Shown piece after piece: positions 21,066 to 31,381 of a stretch of DNA of 64,000 nucleotides. The position numbers were made by a program, and so were the translations under genes. The first letter of the stretch is position 1. Every line of letters begins with the position of its first letter. The notes under the pieces were generated by a model that saw nothing but the letters and a program-made list of their open reading frames with translations, searched no databases and was not told the origin of the DNA. Origin of the DNA: an uncultured Nitrospinota bacterium (GTDB taxonomy: Bacteria > Tectomicrobia > Entotheonellia > J063 > CAVPRW01); contig CAVPRW010000040.1 in assembly GCA_963707985.1 (NCBI GenBank), forward strand, positions 12,956 to 76,955, read 5' to 3'.

Positions 21066-22537
21066 TGGGGACAGACCAACATGGGGATGGCGACAGACAC
21101 AGCAGCAGACGCACACGGCGTGTTAGTATGACCATCAGGGCGCGTCAGCTCGTGGAGTATTGCTTGTTGATGACGGTCTTCCTAGCGTTGAGCGGTGTCG
21201 GTGCAGCACTGGCGGCGGATACGATGGTGCTCCATATTCCATCCCAAACCATGACCTTGCCTAACGGTCTGACTGTGGTGGTGTCCCCCAGAGATAAATT
21301 GCCCGTTGCCGCGATCAGCGTCCGTTTCAAGGTCGGCTCAGCCTACGATCCAGAGGACAAGGCCGGGCTCGCCGATATGACCGCCCGCCTTCTCGATAAA
21401 GGGACGACGACACGCACGGCGACTGCCATTGCCGAGGAACTTGACTTCCTGGGGGCCCGCCTCGATGCCAGTACCGGTGGCACAGGAAGCACCGTGTCAC
21501 TGTCGCTGTTGGCCAAGGATATCGACCGTGGCCTGCATCTGCTCGTCGACATCCTGCATGATTCCCACTTTGAGACGGCAGAGTTAGAACGTGAGCGTCT
21601 CATGATGTTGTCGCAAATTCAACAGCGTCGCGTGAATCCACGCCAGGTTGTGTCCGAAGTGTTTCGGGAAGAACTGTACGGCGACCATCCATTACACCGC
21701 CCGATTTCAGGCTATGCGTCGACGGTGTCGCAAATCACCCGTGACGACGTCCTGGCCTTTTATCAACGTTTTTATGTCCCCAATAATGCCACCTTGGTGA
21801 TGGTCGGCGACTTCTCGGCAGCACGCATGCTGGCGCTGATCGAGCAGGCGTTTGGGGGGTGGCAGGCGAGACCTTCCGAGCAGGTTAGCCTACCACAACC
21901 TGCGCCCACCCGCGGCAAGGTGGTGCGCATTGTGGATATGGATGTGAACCAGAGCTATGTGCAGTTTGGATATTTGTCGGTGCGCCGGGCCGATCCTGAA
22001 TTTGCCGATATTCGCGCCATGAATTACATCCTCGGTGGGGGCGGATTTGTGTCGCGATTGACACGCTCGATTCGGGAAGAGCAGGGCCTCGCGTATTCGG
22101 TCTTCTCGGATTTCGTCGGAGGTAGCCAATTTCCAGGCTTCTTCTATGCAGGATTGCAGACGAAAATCGACACCACCTCACAGGCTCTCAAGAGTTTGTT
22201 CGCAGTCATCAACGACATGAAGCAGGTGCCCGTGGGCATCGATGAATTGACCGACATGAAGCTCTATTACGAAGGTAGCCTGCCCCGTCGTGCGGAGTCA
22301 TATGGGCAAGTGGCAGGACTTCTCCTCGACCGCGACTTCTTTGGCCTCCCTGATGGCTATTGGGAGTTGGAGATTCGGCAGGTCCAGCAGTTGACCCCTC
22401 AGAAGATCCAACAGCTGGCACAGCGTTATCTGGATACTGACAATTTCGTCCTGGCGTTGGTCAGTAAGCGCCAGCAATTGGACCTGGCTGATGCACCTGT
22501 CCCACCTGAGGCGATCCGCTATGTGCCGGCGCCGTGA
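21065..22537 (+). CDS. M16B peptidase non-catalytic partner subunit
   Basis: M16 fold without HxxEH; ILGGGGFVSRL..IREEQGLAY; true start may be downstream. Confidence 0.88.
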   Translation: MGTDQHGDGDRHSSRRTRRVSMTIRARQLVEYCLLMTVFLALSGVGAALAADTMVLHIPSQTMTLPNGLTVVVSPRDKLPVAAISVRFKVGSAYDPEDKAGLADMTARLLDKGTTTRTATAIAEELDFLGARLDASTGGTGSTVSLSLLAKDIDRGLHLLVDILHDSHFETAELERERLMMLSQIQQRRVNPRQVVSEVFREELYGDHPLHRPISGYASTVSQITRDDVLAFYQRFYVPNNATLVMVGDFSAARMLALIEQAFGGWQARPSEQVSLPQPAPTRGKVVRIVDMDVNQSYVQFGYLSVRRADPEFADIRAMNYILGGGGFVSRLTRSIREEQGLAYSVFSDFVGGSQFPGFFYAGLQTKIDTTSQALKSLFAVINDMKQVPVGIDELTDMKLYYEGSLPRRAESYGQVAGLLLDRDFFGLPDGYWELEIRQVQQLTPQKIQQLAQRYLDTDNFVLALVSKRQQLDLADAPVPPEAIRYVPAP

Positions 22538-22802
22538 GGCGGCGCGGCCAGGAATGATGTCATACGGTGTCATACCAAAGTCGTCTATGCTATGATTCAG
22601 GATCGAGCGATGCCTGTACCACTCGTCAAGCACGACCGGTGACTTCGGCCCTCACGATCGTCTGGGCTTGACCAGTGTGTCCCCCTCCGACGTGTCTTGT
22701 GACCTATGGATGTCGGCGAGCTGGGTAAGATCTTAGCCGGATAGTCATGACTGCTGCGGTCGCCATGGATGTTGTGCCTGGGGCTGATGAAGGGGATCAA
22801 CC

Positions 22803-24377
22803 GTGTGCGGTTGGGCCAGTCAACCGACCAGCGCCCGTGTGATGGGCGTATTCCTGTTGTTTTTGTTCCTTGCGGTGTCACCTACGTGGGCAGTGCCTGT
22901 GCCCAACGGTGGCATTGTCGTCGCGCTGGATGGTGACATCCAGTCACTGAATCCATACGGTCACAATCACAAGCTGAACGCCATCATTGATGGGCTCATC
23001 CACGATCAGCTCTTCTTCCGCGATCCCAAAACCCTGCGCCCGGTGCCGAACCTGGCCGAGTCGTTGAAAGCGATCGACGATCTCACGTGGGAAATTAAGC
23101 TGCGGCCGCATGTACGATTTCATAATGGCGAGCCACTTGATGCTGCGGCGGTGAAATTCAGCATCGATTACCTCGCGCAGGCCAACACCACATCCCCGCA
23201 CCGAAATGCCTTCGCCTGGGTGAAAGATGTCGAAGTCGTCGATGACCTCACCTTACGCCTCCATGCCCATCGTGCCGTCGCCTCGTTGCCGGATGTCCTG
23301 ACCCGCTTACACATCCTGCCGCCGCAGTACTTCACCGAGGTCGGAGAGGAAAAGTTTGGGGACGCTCCGGTGGGGGCTGGGCCATATCGATTTGTTTCCC
23401 GCACACGGGGCGGGCCGCTCATTATGCGGGCCAACGATGAATATTGGGGGGGGCCTAAGGGACGGCCGTCGATCCGCACCTTGACCTTCCAGACCATCAT
23501 TGATCCAGCAGAGCGTTTTAGAAAGTTGCTGGCCGGGGAAGTACACATCGTGCGCGGGCTCACGATCGAGCAGGCCGCCCTCCTGGAGCAATCCGGTGTG
23601 GCGCGAGTTAGTGCCAAACTGACGCCACGTCTGGTGTTTCTGCAGATCGATGGGGACGGGCGGGCGAGCAAAACGTCGCTGACGGACCGGCGCGTCCGGC
23701 GTGCCATCAGTTACGCCCTACCGGTGGATGACATGATCGCTACCGTCTGGGAAAAATTCGCCACGCGAGCTCCCGGCGGACTGACGTCGTTATACTTTGG
23801 GTATGATCCCAATCTAGCGCCACGCCCCTACGATTTGCAGAAAGCTCGGAACCTTCTGAGCGAAGCTGGCTACACGGAAGCTTTTGAGATTCCATTAAAT
23901 TTTTCGACGGCGGTGGTTCCGGGTGCCGAACGTCTGAGTAATCACCTCATGGAGAGCCTCGAAAAAGTTGGCATCAAGGTGAAAATGCACCCCTTCGCGG
24001 ATGCTTCCGAGTTCTATACACAGCTGCGGCAGGGCAAGATGGAGGGATTGACGCTCCTGGCCTGGGGGAACGGAGCCTCATTCGATGCTGATGCGGTATA
24101 CTATCCGCTGTTCCACACGGGGCAACCCCATGCTTATAACACCAGCCCGGAGCTAGACAAACTCCTGGACGACGGCCGCGCCACGATCGATCCTGAGAAA
24201 CGCAAAGCGATCTATAGCGCCCTTCAGAAATCGATTATGGAACACACCTACTGGGTTCCGCTCTACGGCCAGTATGTGATTGAAGGAGTGAATCGTCAGC
24301 TTGACTACGAGGCGAGCAGCGATGAGTTGATGTCCTTGTTTTCCGCTACCTGGAATGGTAACCGGCAGTCCGACTGA
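22803..24377 (+). CDS. Family 5 ABC substrate-binding protein
   Basis: PNLAES, RFHNGEPLDAAAVKFS, PVGAGPY, RVRRAISYA. Confidence 0.88.
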   Translation: MCGWASQPTSARVMGVFLLFLFLAVSPTWAVPVPNGGIVVALDGDIQSLNPYGHNHKLNAIIDGLIHDQLFFRDPKTLRPVPNLAESLKAIDDLTWEIKLRPHVRFHNGEPLDAAAVKFSIDYLAQANTTSPHRNAFAWVKDVEVVDDLTLRLHAHRAVASLPDVLTRLHILPPQYFTEVGEEKFGDAPVGAGPYRFVSRTRGGPLIMRANDEYWGGPKGRPSIRTLTFQTIIDPAERFRKLLAGEVHIVRGLTIEQAALLEQSGVARVSAKLTPRLVFLQIDGDGRASKTSLTDRRVRRAISYALPVDDMIATVWEKFATRAPGGLTSLYFGYDPNLAPRPYDLQKARNLLSEAGYTEAFEIPLNFSTAVVPGAERLSNHLMESLEKVGIKVKMHPFADASEFYTQLRQGKMEGLTLLAWGNGASFDADAVYYPLFHTGQPHAYNTSPELDKLLDDGRATIDPEKRKAIYSALQKSIMEHTYWVPLYGQYVIEGVNRQLDYEASSDELMSLFSATWNGNRQSD

Positions 24378-24493
24378 CCGGGGCGGCGGTGTCGTCTGAT
24401 CGAGGCCCTTTCGGGGGAACTACCTGTCTCTCAAGGAGGGATCGTGTCGACAGGTGGTTGGCAAGTCACGCTGGCCTACGATAAAGGGGGATC

Positions 24494-24970
24494 GTGGTGA
24501 GTCTTTTAGCAGTAGGTACGCAGGCACCAGAGTTCACGACGACCGATCAGGATGGGAAGACACATACGCTCAGCGACTTCAAGGGTAAGAAGGTGATTCT
24601 GTATTTTTATCCGAAAGACAACACTTCCGGGTGCACCAAGGAAGCCTGTGCCTTCCGCGATAACTTCGCCCAGTTTCGCCAACTCAATGTCGAAATCCTC
24701 GGCGTCAGCATCGATAGTGAGAAGTCCCACAAATCATTTGTCCAGAAGCATAATTTGCCCTTCACATTGCTGTCCGATACCGATAAGCGCCTCGTCGAAG
24801 CCTATGGAGCCTGGGGCGAAAAAAGTATGTACGGCAGAAAGTATATGGGCACCAACCGTGTCACCTACATCATCGATGAGGCAGGAAAAATCGCGGCTGT
24901 CTTTCCCAAAGTGAAGCCCGACACACACGCCGATGAAATCCTGGCCGTGCTCCAAGGGAAGGGGACATAA
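24494..24970 (+). CDS. bcp: Thioredoxin-dependent thiol peroxidase (BCP/PrxQ)
   Basis: [21 protein letters not shown]. Confidence 0.93.
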   Translation: MVSLLAVGTQAPEFTTTDQDGKTHTLSDFKGKKVILYFYPKDNTSGCTKEACAFRDNFAQFRQLNVEILGVSIDSEKSHKSFVQKHNLPFTLLSDTDKRLVEAYGAWGEKSMYGRKYMGTNRVTYIIDEAGKIAAVFPKVKPDTHADEILAVLQGKGT

Positions 24971-25005
24971 GCGCTAGAAGCATGGACTGAGGGCGACGTG
25001 TTGAG

Positions 25006-25497
25006 ATGATGCTTCTGTTAGCCGACGTGGTGCTCCTCCTGCATGTCGGTTACGCCGCTTTTGTGATCGGCGGCCTGCTGGTGGTAGTGCTTGGCGCCTG
25101 GCTGGATTGGCGTTGGGTACGGGCGCGCCACTTCCGCATCGCACATCTGCTGTGTACGGCCATCGTGGCTGTCGAAGCACTTCTCGGTGTGATGTGCCCG
25201 TTGACCTGGTTTGAGCACGCCTTGCTCGCGGCCTCGGGCACAGCTGGGTATGAACGTTCGTTTGTCGGCCAGCTGCTCTATCGGCTGTTGTACTACGATG
25301 CGCCGGTCTGGGCGTTTACCGTGGCATACACTGTCTTCGCTCTGACCGTTGTCGCCTGTTATCATTTTCTACCGCCGTCACCCACACTGGCCCGCCAGCG
25401 GCCCTATAATGCCTGGCTGCACAGGAGCACTCATGGCACAACCAGGGCGATTTCTCCAAGGACGGCGTATCGACCCACGCCCGATCAGCGGTGCTGA
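25006..25497 (+). CDS. DUF2784-family membrane protein (3' end uncertain, overlaps next gene)
   Basis: LADVVLLLH...FRIAHL...CPLTWFE...SFV. Confidence 0.75.
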   Translation: MMLLLADVVLLLHVGYAAFVIGGLLVVVLGAWLDWRWVRARHFRIAHLLCTAIVAVEALLGVMCPLTWFEHALLAASGTAGYERSFVGQLLYRLLYYDAPVWAFTVAYTVFALTVVACYHFLPPSPTLARQRPYNAWLHRSTHGTTRAISPRTAYRPTPDQRC

Positions 25498-26545
25498 TTC
25501 CGTGGTGGAGCTCATCGACAACGCTTTCTTGGCCTATAATGCAGCGCGTCTGCGCGAAGCCTGCCGTCTGTTCACCGAGAAGATGTTGGCGCCCGACGTA
25601 ACCGTCGGGGTGAGCCTGACCGGGGCGCTTACCCCCGCGGGTCTTGGGATCTCCGCGCTGATCCCGCTGATCGAACATGGCTTCATCGACTGGATTATCT
25701 CTACAGGCGCCAACCTCTATCACGACACACACTTTGCCATCGGGCTTTCTCTGCATCAGGGCGATCCCTACACCAATGATGTGGTGCTGCGCCAAGAGGG
25801 CGTGGTGCGTATCTATGACATCTTTTTCGATTACCATGTTTTATTGTCCACCGATGCCTTTTTTCGCCAGATCATCGCCAGCCCAGAGTTCCAGCACAGC
25901 ATGAGCAGTGCCGAGTTCCACTATCTGTGTGGCAAGTACATCCGTGAACGGGAGCGTGTCCTTGGGGTCGGGAAAAAATCGTTGCTTGGCGCGGCGTATG
26001 AGCATGCCGTGCCGATCTACACCTCATCGCCCGGCGACAGTTCCATCGGCATGAATATCGCGGCTATGGCGCTACGCGGCAATCAACTCAGCATCGACGT
26101 GTCGCGTGATGTGAACGAAACGGCGGCGATTGTGCTGGATGCCAAGCGGAGCGGCGGCAAATCCGCCGTCTTCATCCTCGGCGGCGGCTCTCCCAAGAAT
26201 TTTTTGCTACAGACCGAACCGCAGATTCAGGAGGTGCTCGGCATCGACGAGAAGGGCCATGACTATTTCCTGCAGATTACCGACGCCCGGCCTGATACCG
26301 GCGGGCTCTCCGGTGCCACCCCAGGTGAGGCAGTAAGCTGGGGCAAGATCGATCCCGACCGCCTACCCGATGCTGTCGTGTGTTACGTCGACTCAACCAT
26401 TGCGCTGCCGTTGATCAGCGCTTATGCGCTGTCTAAGCATCCCACACGTGCTCTGAGGCGCCTGTATGAGCGTCGTGAGGCTCTCATTGCGACGCTAAAA
26501 GCTGAGCACGAGCAGGCGCGGCAGCGTACCGAGACAGCATCATGA
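25433..26545 (+). CDS. Deoxyhypusine synthase-like protein (SpeY/homospermidine synthesis type)
   Basis: [45 protein letters not shown] before ATG 25433. Confidence 0.9.
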   Translation: MAQPGRFLQGRRIDPRPISGADSVVELIDNAFLAYNAARLREACRLFTEKMLAPDVTVGVSLTGALTPAGLGISALIPLIEHGFIDWIISTGANLYHDTHFAIGLSLHQGDPYTNDVVLRQEGVVRIYDIFFDYHVLLSTDAFFRQIIASPEFQHSMSSAEFHYLCGKYIRERERVLGVGKKSLLGAAYEHAVPIYTSSPGDSSIGMNIAAMALRGNQLSIDVSRDVNETAAIVLDAKRSGGKSAVFILGGGSPKNFLLQTEPQIQEVLGIDEKGHDYFLQITDARPDTGGLSGATPGEAVSWGKIDPDRLPDAVVCYVDSTIALPLISAYALSKHPTRALRRLYERREALIATLKAEHEQARQRTETAS

Positions 26546-26563
26546 CCACGAGTACAGCGCCAT

Positions 26564-26596
26564 AAAAAAGGGCGAGCAGGATGCACCTGCTCGCCC
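26564..26596 (-). terminator. Intrinsic terminator downstream of degP
   Basis: GGGCGAGCAGG-atgca-CCTGCTCGCCC with an adjacent A6 (U-tract on the minus strand). Confidence 0.7.
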
Positions 26597-26624
26597 GCTT
26601 GACCGACGACCTCGGCCCTATGGC

Positions 26625-28112
26625 TTACTTAGCCATGGCGACGAAGAGGCTACCCTGGCCACGCTTCACCAGAAGGACCAGTGCGTCTTGGCTCTCAGCC
26701 TTCGCGATGGCATCGCGCACCTCTTGCACTGACTGCACGGGCTGGCGATTCACCTCGCGGATGAGGTCACCACGTTGCAGGCCGGCGCGCTCCGCGGGGC
26801 TGCCCGGCTGGACGCCGACGACCATCACGCCAGATTCAGTGGTGAGCCCATGCTGGCGGCCCATCTGTGGTGTCATCTCCTGCAGCTGCAGACCCCATTG
26901 GCTCTGACCTTCAACATTGGACTCTTCGCGTGCCACCTTATCCGACGGGAGCTTACCAACTGTCACGGGCACTTTCTGGGTCTTGCCATCGCGATGCAAG
27001 GTCACAGTGGCTTCTCCTCCCACTGGGGTCTTTGCTACAATGGCCGGCAGATCATGGGAGCTCTTGATAGACTCGCCATTGAAGCCCACGATCACATCTC
27101 CCTGGCGGATGCCCGCCTTGGCCGCTGGGCCACCAGGCACCACTTCTGCGACCAACGCCCCCTGGTGCTCCTCAAGCTTCAGGGCCTTGGCCAGGTCCGG
27201 CGTCATCGACTGAATATTGACACCCAGGTAGCCACGGGTCACCTCACCAGTGCTGACCAACTGTGGGATCAACGGCCTGGCCAGGTCAGCTGGAATGGCG
27301 AAACCGATGCCCTGCCCAGAGGCGACAATCGCGGTGTTAATGCCGACCATCTCCCCCTTCATGTTGAACAAAGGCCCACCGGAGTTGCCTGGGTTGATCG
27401 ACGCATCGGTCTGGATGAAGTCATCGTATGGGCCGGCGCCGATGACGCGCCCCTTCGCACTGACAATTCCCGCCGTCACGCTATTACTAAGGCCAAACGG
27501 GTTGCCGATCGCGACCACCCATTCCCCGACTTTCAGCTCAGCAGAGCTGCCCATTGGTGCCACGGGTAGCGAGTGCTTCGGATCGATCTTCAGCACCGCC
27601 AGATCGGTCTTGGCATCACGTCCGACAACGCGAGCCTGATAGACTTGCTGATCAGCCAAGGTGACAGTGACTTCCTTAGCCCCCTCCACCACATGATTAT
27701 TTGTCAAGACATGCCCATCAGCGTTGATGATCACGCCTGACCCACTTCCCTGGGTGCGGAACTGCTCAGGGCGCTGGGGCATATCTTTGAAGAAGCGCTT
27801 GAACATCTCCCCATAAGGACCTTCAGGCTCCGGCATGCCGGGGATGCCTGCCACTGGTGCGATCTTGGTTACCTGAATGTTCACCACCGTCGGGCCAAGC
27901 CGCTCTGCCAATTCGGCGAAAGAGCCGGGCACCGTTGCCGTGCCTGACGCGAGCGTGCCGTTCTGACCGAACCCTTGCGCCACGGACATGTTGGTCCCCT
28001 GCAAGCCGGACGCCACCAGCAGGCCAACGAAGAGGGAGGACAGTGCCACACTGGTGAGTGTCCTCGCCCCGAACCGCCTGTTGCTGATGTGTTGTGTGCA
28101 TTGTCGGAACAT
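26625..28112 (-). CDS. degP: DegP/DegQ (HtrA) serine protease with two PDZ domains
   Basis: TNNHVV, DLAVLKI, INPGNSGGPL, two PDZ domains. Confidence 0.93.
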   Translation of the reverse strand: MFRQCTQHISNRRFGARTLTSVALSSLFVGLLVASGLQGTNMSVAQGFGQNGTLASGTATVPGSFAELAERLGPTVVNIQVTKIAPVAGIPGMPEPEGPYGEMFKRFFKDMPQRPEQFRTQGSGSGVIINADGHVLTNNHVVEGAKEVTVTLADQQVYQARVVGRDAKTDLAVLKIDPKHSLPVAPMGSSAELKVGEWVVAIGNPFGLSNSVTAGIVSAKGRVIGAGPYDDFIQTDASINPGNSGGPLFNMKGEMVGINTAIVASGQGIGFAIPADLARPLIPQLVSTGEVTRGYLGVNIQSMTPDLAKALKLEEHQGALVAEVVPGGPAAKAGIRQGDVIVGFNGESIKSSHDLPAIVAKTPVGGEATVTLHRDGKTQKVPVTVGKLPSDKVAREESNVEGQSQWGLQLQEMTPQMGRQHGLTTESGVMVVGVQPGSPAERAGLQRGDLIREVNRQPVQSVQEVRDAIAKAESQDALVLLVKRGQGSLFVAMAK

Positions 28113-28211
28113 CTATACTCCTCCTTCAGGTCTGTTGAGAAGCGCTGGTGTGATGCACCGCTCTGGCGCATCACCCGTGTGGCTAGTATGGAAATGAATA
28201 TAGGAGCTGGA

Positions 28212-28239
28212 GATGAGACGAGGATTAACCCAAGATTAG
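28212..28239. promoter_or_regulatory. Three direct repeats at 11-bp spacing upstream of degP (OmpR/PhoB-type site candidate)
   Basis: GATGAG 28212, GATTAA 28223, GATTAG 28234. Confidence 0.45.
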
Positions 28240-28371
28240 AAATTTCTCATGTTAGGCGACGACTTCTTCCCTTATCGCAGGTCCATCTATGGTCGGATGC
28301 CAAGCGTAGCCCCGGTGACAACAGCATTCGATGATTCAGGCGAACGAGGGCTGAGCAGAGGAGGCGACGCC

Positions 28372-28540
28372 ATGGCAGTCGAGCACCAGATCAATCGACG
28401 GCAGTTCATGATGACCGCGTCGGTGGTGGGCGGCGCATTTTTGCTAGGGTTTGCCCTCCCATCACGCCGCGTACGGGCGGCAACGATTGTTGAGAAGCCC
28501 TGGACCTCCCACGTGGCGGGGGGATAGAGGTGAATGCAAG
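28372..28540 (+). pseudogene. N-terminal remnant of a Tat-exported molybdo-oxidoreductase large subunit (isoquinoline oxidoreductase beta-like)
   Basis: GGAGG RBS; INRRQFMMTASVVGGAFLLGFALP...EVNA, then cut by IS6 sequence. Confidence 0.5.
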
Positions 28541-28550
28541 GAGAGCGACG

Positions 28551-28762
28551 ATGGCTGTATGCTTGAGAGGGGCCCATTTCCTCCAGGAAATCATTCGCAT
28601 GGGCATCCGTTGCTCTGTTGGAAAAGGGGGTTCACCGCTACAAGCGGCCGGTGCGTTGCAGCTGGCGCATGGACGAGACATATATCGAAGTCAAAGGCCA
28701 GTCGCCTTCTCATACCGCGCCGTAAACTGACATGGCCAGACGATTGGATGCTGATTGAAAAC
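28551..28762 (+). mobile_element. IS6-family transposase N-terminal remnant
   Basis: GAHFLQEIIRMGIR; KRPV..SWRMDETYIEVKGQ..YRAV..GQTI, with internal deletion and frameshifts. Confidence 0.75.
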
Positions 28763-28830
28763 TCTGCAGTGTTACTTTACGGCTCATGACATAGTTGTTG
28801 GATTCGGGCCAATAGGAAGGAGGTAGTCAC

Positions 28831-29232
28831 GTGAAGCGCATCAATGCTGTGGTGGTGCTTCTGCTCTGTACGGCGCTCGCCGTGGGCTTGGTGTCGCTGG
28901 GAGCGGCAGGGGAACAGCACCAGACACCGGTCAAGGCGTATGAGGGGCAAATCAAGTCGATTAAAATCGACAAATGCGGTCTCCAACCGGGGTCGTGTGA
29001 GGGTTCCATCGTGATTGCGCAAAAAGCAGGAGGCGACGTGATCTTGGCGATCATGCCGGGAACTTGGATCAAACGCGGCGATCATCTCGTGTTGATCGAC
29101 GAGTTGGGCGTTGGAAACTACGTCAAAGCCCAGGCCACACCCTTGCCCGCAGGGGCGCCGAGGGAGGGAACTGTGGGGTCGAGCCCGGGGGAACGGGCCT
29201 ACTTACTGGAGGAGACCGGCAAAGGCAATTGA
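28831..29232 (+). CDS. Exported hypothetical protein with a Cys pair
   Basis: AAGGAGG RBS, signal peptide, KCGLQPGSCEG, beta-strand-like pattern. Confidence 0.65.
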   Translation: MKRINAVVVLLLCTALAVGLVSLGAAGEQHQTPVKAYEGQIKSIKIDKCGLQPGSCEGSIVIAQKAGGDVILAIMPGTWIKRGDHLVLIDELGVGNYVKAQATPLPAGAPREGTVGSSPGERAYLLEETGKGN

Positions 29233-29497
29233 GGCCCCTCGCCTGATCATTCCCCCTACGTTGAGCCATACCGGTGGTTGCCCAGAGGGACTTGCGCCGT
29301 GGGCAGCCACCGACGGCTGCTGGATCGCGGTGCGAGCCCCCCCAGCTGCGCGACAGCATTGTCAACTGATTGAGGCTGATACCGTCATTCGGCAAACGAG
29401 AGTTCTCCCCCGGTCTTCCCCGCCTCTTCGGCCTTAACGTAGCGAAGCCCCAAATTTCGGCAAAGTCGCGCCAGGGGACCACTCCGCGCACAGGAAT

Positions 29498-29750
29498 ATG
29501 ACCCTGACGCAGGGCACCATGGCCATTCCGGATCGCTGGCAGTCTTCGCTGGGCCTCCTGTAATCTAGCGGCATTACGGGCGGCTCAGCCGTTCGTGCCT
29601 GCGACGCTATACTCGACATCTTTGAGCTCGATGACATCCCAGGCTTCAACTAGGACGCGGAATCGAACCCTCGAATGAAGGTCGTGGAGTTGAAGGCCCG
29701 CCTCCGAGGCGGCAGACGCCATTCTCTTTGTGACACCTGAATACAACGAT
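29498..29750 (+). pseudogene. NADPH-dependent FMN reductase (ChrR-like) remnant
   Basis: Manual translation IAGSLR..S.N.AALRAA; LDIFELDDIPGFN*D; ELKARL.AADAILFVTPEYN. Confidence 0.7.
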
Positions 29751-29999
29751 GCCTTCCTCGATCGACGTGACTTGCACATGTTCCGCCGGCAGGTGCCGAT
29801 CATCAAGTTTCTTGCCATACGTACGACGAAGCCGCACCCATGGCCACGTCCCCCAGTTCATGGCGGTTTGGCCAGTTATCGCGTCGTTGGCCTCCTCGTC
29901 TGTGGCGTCATGGCCCCCTGGATTTTAAGACGGTCTCCACCCGTTCTCGGTGGACGAGGGAGCCAGCGACCAAGCACTGAGGCCCACTTGGTGCCGTAA

Positions 30000-30054
30000 C
30001 CCACATGTGGGGGTAAAGCGGGGGGAAGCCCCATCAATGGCCCCACATGTGGGG
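30000..30054. promoter_or_regulatory. Two palindromic enhancer (UAS) candidates
   Basis: CCCACATGTGGG at 30000 and CCCCACATGTGGGG at 30041, centres 42 bp apart. Confidence 0.65.
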
Positions 30055-30110
30055 GTAGGCGCTGCCTGAGCGGATGCCCTGGCGCTCCCGCCCGCGCCAG
30101 AGCCTCGCCA

Positions 30111-30140
30111 TTTTGTCAAATAAACCGTATCAATCCATCA
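30111..30140 (+). promoter_or_regulatory. IHF-like site
   Basis: AT-rich TTTTGTCAAATAAA then TATCAAtccaTCA (imperfect WATCAA-N4-TTR) between the UAS pair and the -24/-12 box. Confidence 0.4.
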
Positions 30141-30183
30141 CGTGCCGACCGTGGAGGGAAGCTCGTGGTGGCGGGTGCGGAGT

Positions 30184-30199
30184 TGGCACCGCCTTTGCT
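30184..30199 (+). promoter_or_regulatory. Sigma-54 -24/-12 promoter
   Basis: TGGCAC-CGCCT-TTGCT, exact TGGCAC-N5-TTGCW. Confidence 0.8.
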
Positions 30200-30526
30200 C
30201 TATCCAGAACACAGATGACTGGCTCAGGACAAGCAAGCGGCGGCTTTCATGATAGGGCGACGACCCGATGCGGCTCCATCTCCGAAGAATCTCGTGAATT
30301 GATACCGGGTAAGCGCTTCGCATTGGCTCCATAAAGCGGGATACGGGGCCTTGGAGTCGTCCAGAATTGGCAGCTGCCATAGCCATACTGCGTAAACAGG
30401 AGTTTCGGCCGGCTCACTCGTGATGAACCCCTTAGGAAACGTCGGGAAAAACTCAAACGCTCTTTTGCCACAACGCCCTCGGGAATACATGCCCCGCAGC
30501 AGCCTAGCGTGCGAGGAGACGAGCAC

Positions 30527-31354
30527 ATGACGATTGACTATGCCCTAACCGCTTGTTTTGGATACGGTGCCGCTGACTTTTTGAGTGGATTTGCGACTCG
30601 TAAGCAATCAGTGGCCGCGACCCTACTCATCGGCCAGCCGGTAGCGTTTATCGCCATTGGCATAGCCGCTGCACTCACACCAGGACACCCCAACTGGCCG
30701 GATATGGCGTTGGGGATGCTCGCCGGCACGGTCGGCGGCGTTGGGAAGACCTTGCTCTATCAGAGCTTGGCTCGGGATACCATGGCCATGGCCAGTACGG
30801 TTTTTGGCATCCTGTCTGCGGCGGTGCCCGTGACTGCGGGCCTGCTGTTTGGCAATCGCCCGAGCTGGCTCCAGATTGCTGGGATAGTACTGGCGGTACA
30901 TGCCATCTACGCTTTACAACACTCACATCATGCTGGCCCAGGACAGCCGTCTCGTGCCGTGTTGCTCATGCCGATTGCGGCGGGCTGTGCCTTGGGGGTA
31001 TACCACGTCCTCCTATCCTGCACCAGTGCGGCCAGCGGACTCTGGCCGCTCGCAGCCGCTCGCACCGCCCCAGTGGTCGGTATCATCGCCTATGTCATGG
31101 TGCAGCCACCCGAGGGTCTGACGAGTCGAGGAGTAGGTTTGAGCGCTCTAGCCACATTGGTGGAAGTCAGTGCAACCATGTTGGCTCTCCTTGCGGTGCG
31201 CGCCGACCAACTGGCCATCGCCGGCACTCTGATCGCGTTAAGCCCGGCTATCACCATCACACTTGCCCACTTGCTACTGCATGAGCACATCGAACGCAAC
31301 CGCATCGTGGGGCTTATGCTGTCACTCCTGGCAATCGGATTCATTGTGGCCTAA
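30527..31354 (+). CDS. EamA/DMT-family transporter
   Basis: About 10 TM in two halves; YGAADFLSG; LSPAITITLAHLLLHE..; GAGGAG RBS. Confidence 0.85.
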   Translation: MTIDYALTACFGYGAADFLSGFATRKQSVAATLLIGQPVAFIAIGIAAALTPGHPNWPDMALGMLAGTVGGVGKTLLYQSLARDTMAMASTVFGILSAAVPVTAGLLFGNRPSWLQIAGIVLAVHAIYALQHSHHAGPGQPSRAVLLMPIAAGCALGVYHVLLSCTSAASGLWPLAAARTAPVVGIIAYVMVQPPEGLTSRGVGLSALATLVEVSATMLALLAVRADQLAIAGTLIALSPAITITLAHLLLHEHIERNRIVGLMLSLLAIGFIVA

Positions 31355-31381
31355 CGGCTAAGATCAAATAGGGAGATAGTC

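Noticed and set aside
30140..30260. SAM-I riboswitch (ATCCAGA..GACTGGC on +; GGTGCCAACTCC on -)
   Set aside because: The motif pieces are on opposite strands, GCAACC is missing, and the GGTGCCAA match is the reverse complement of the sigma-54 box.
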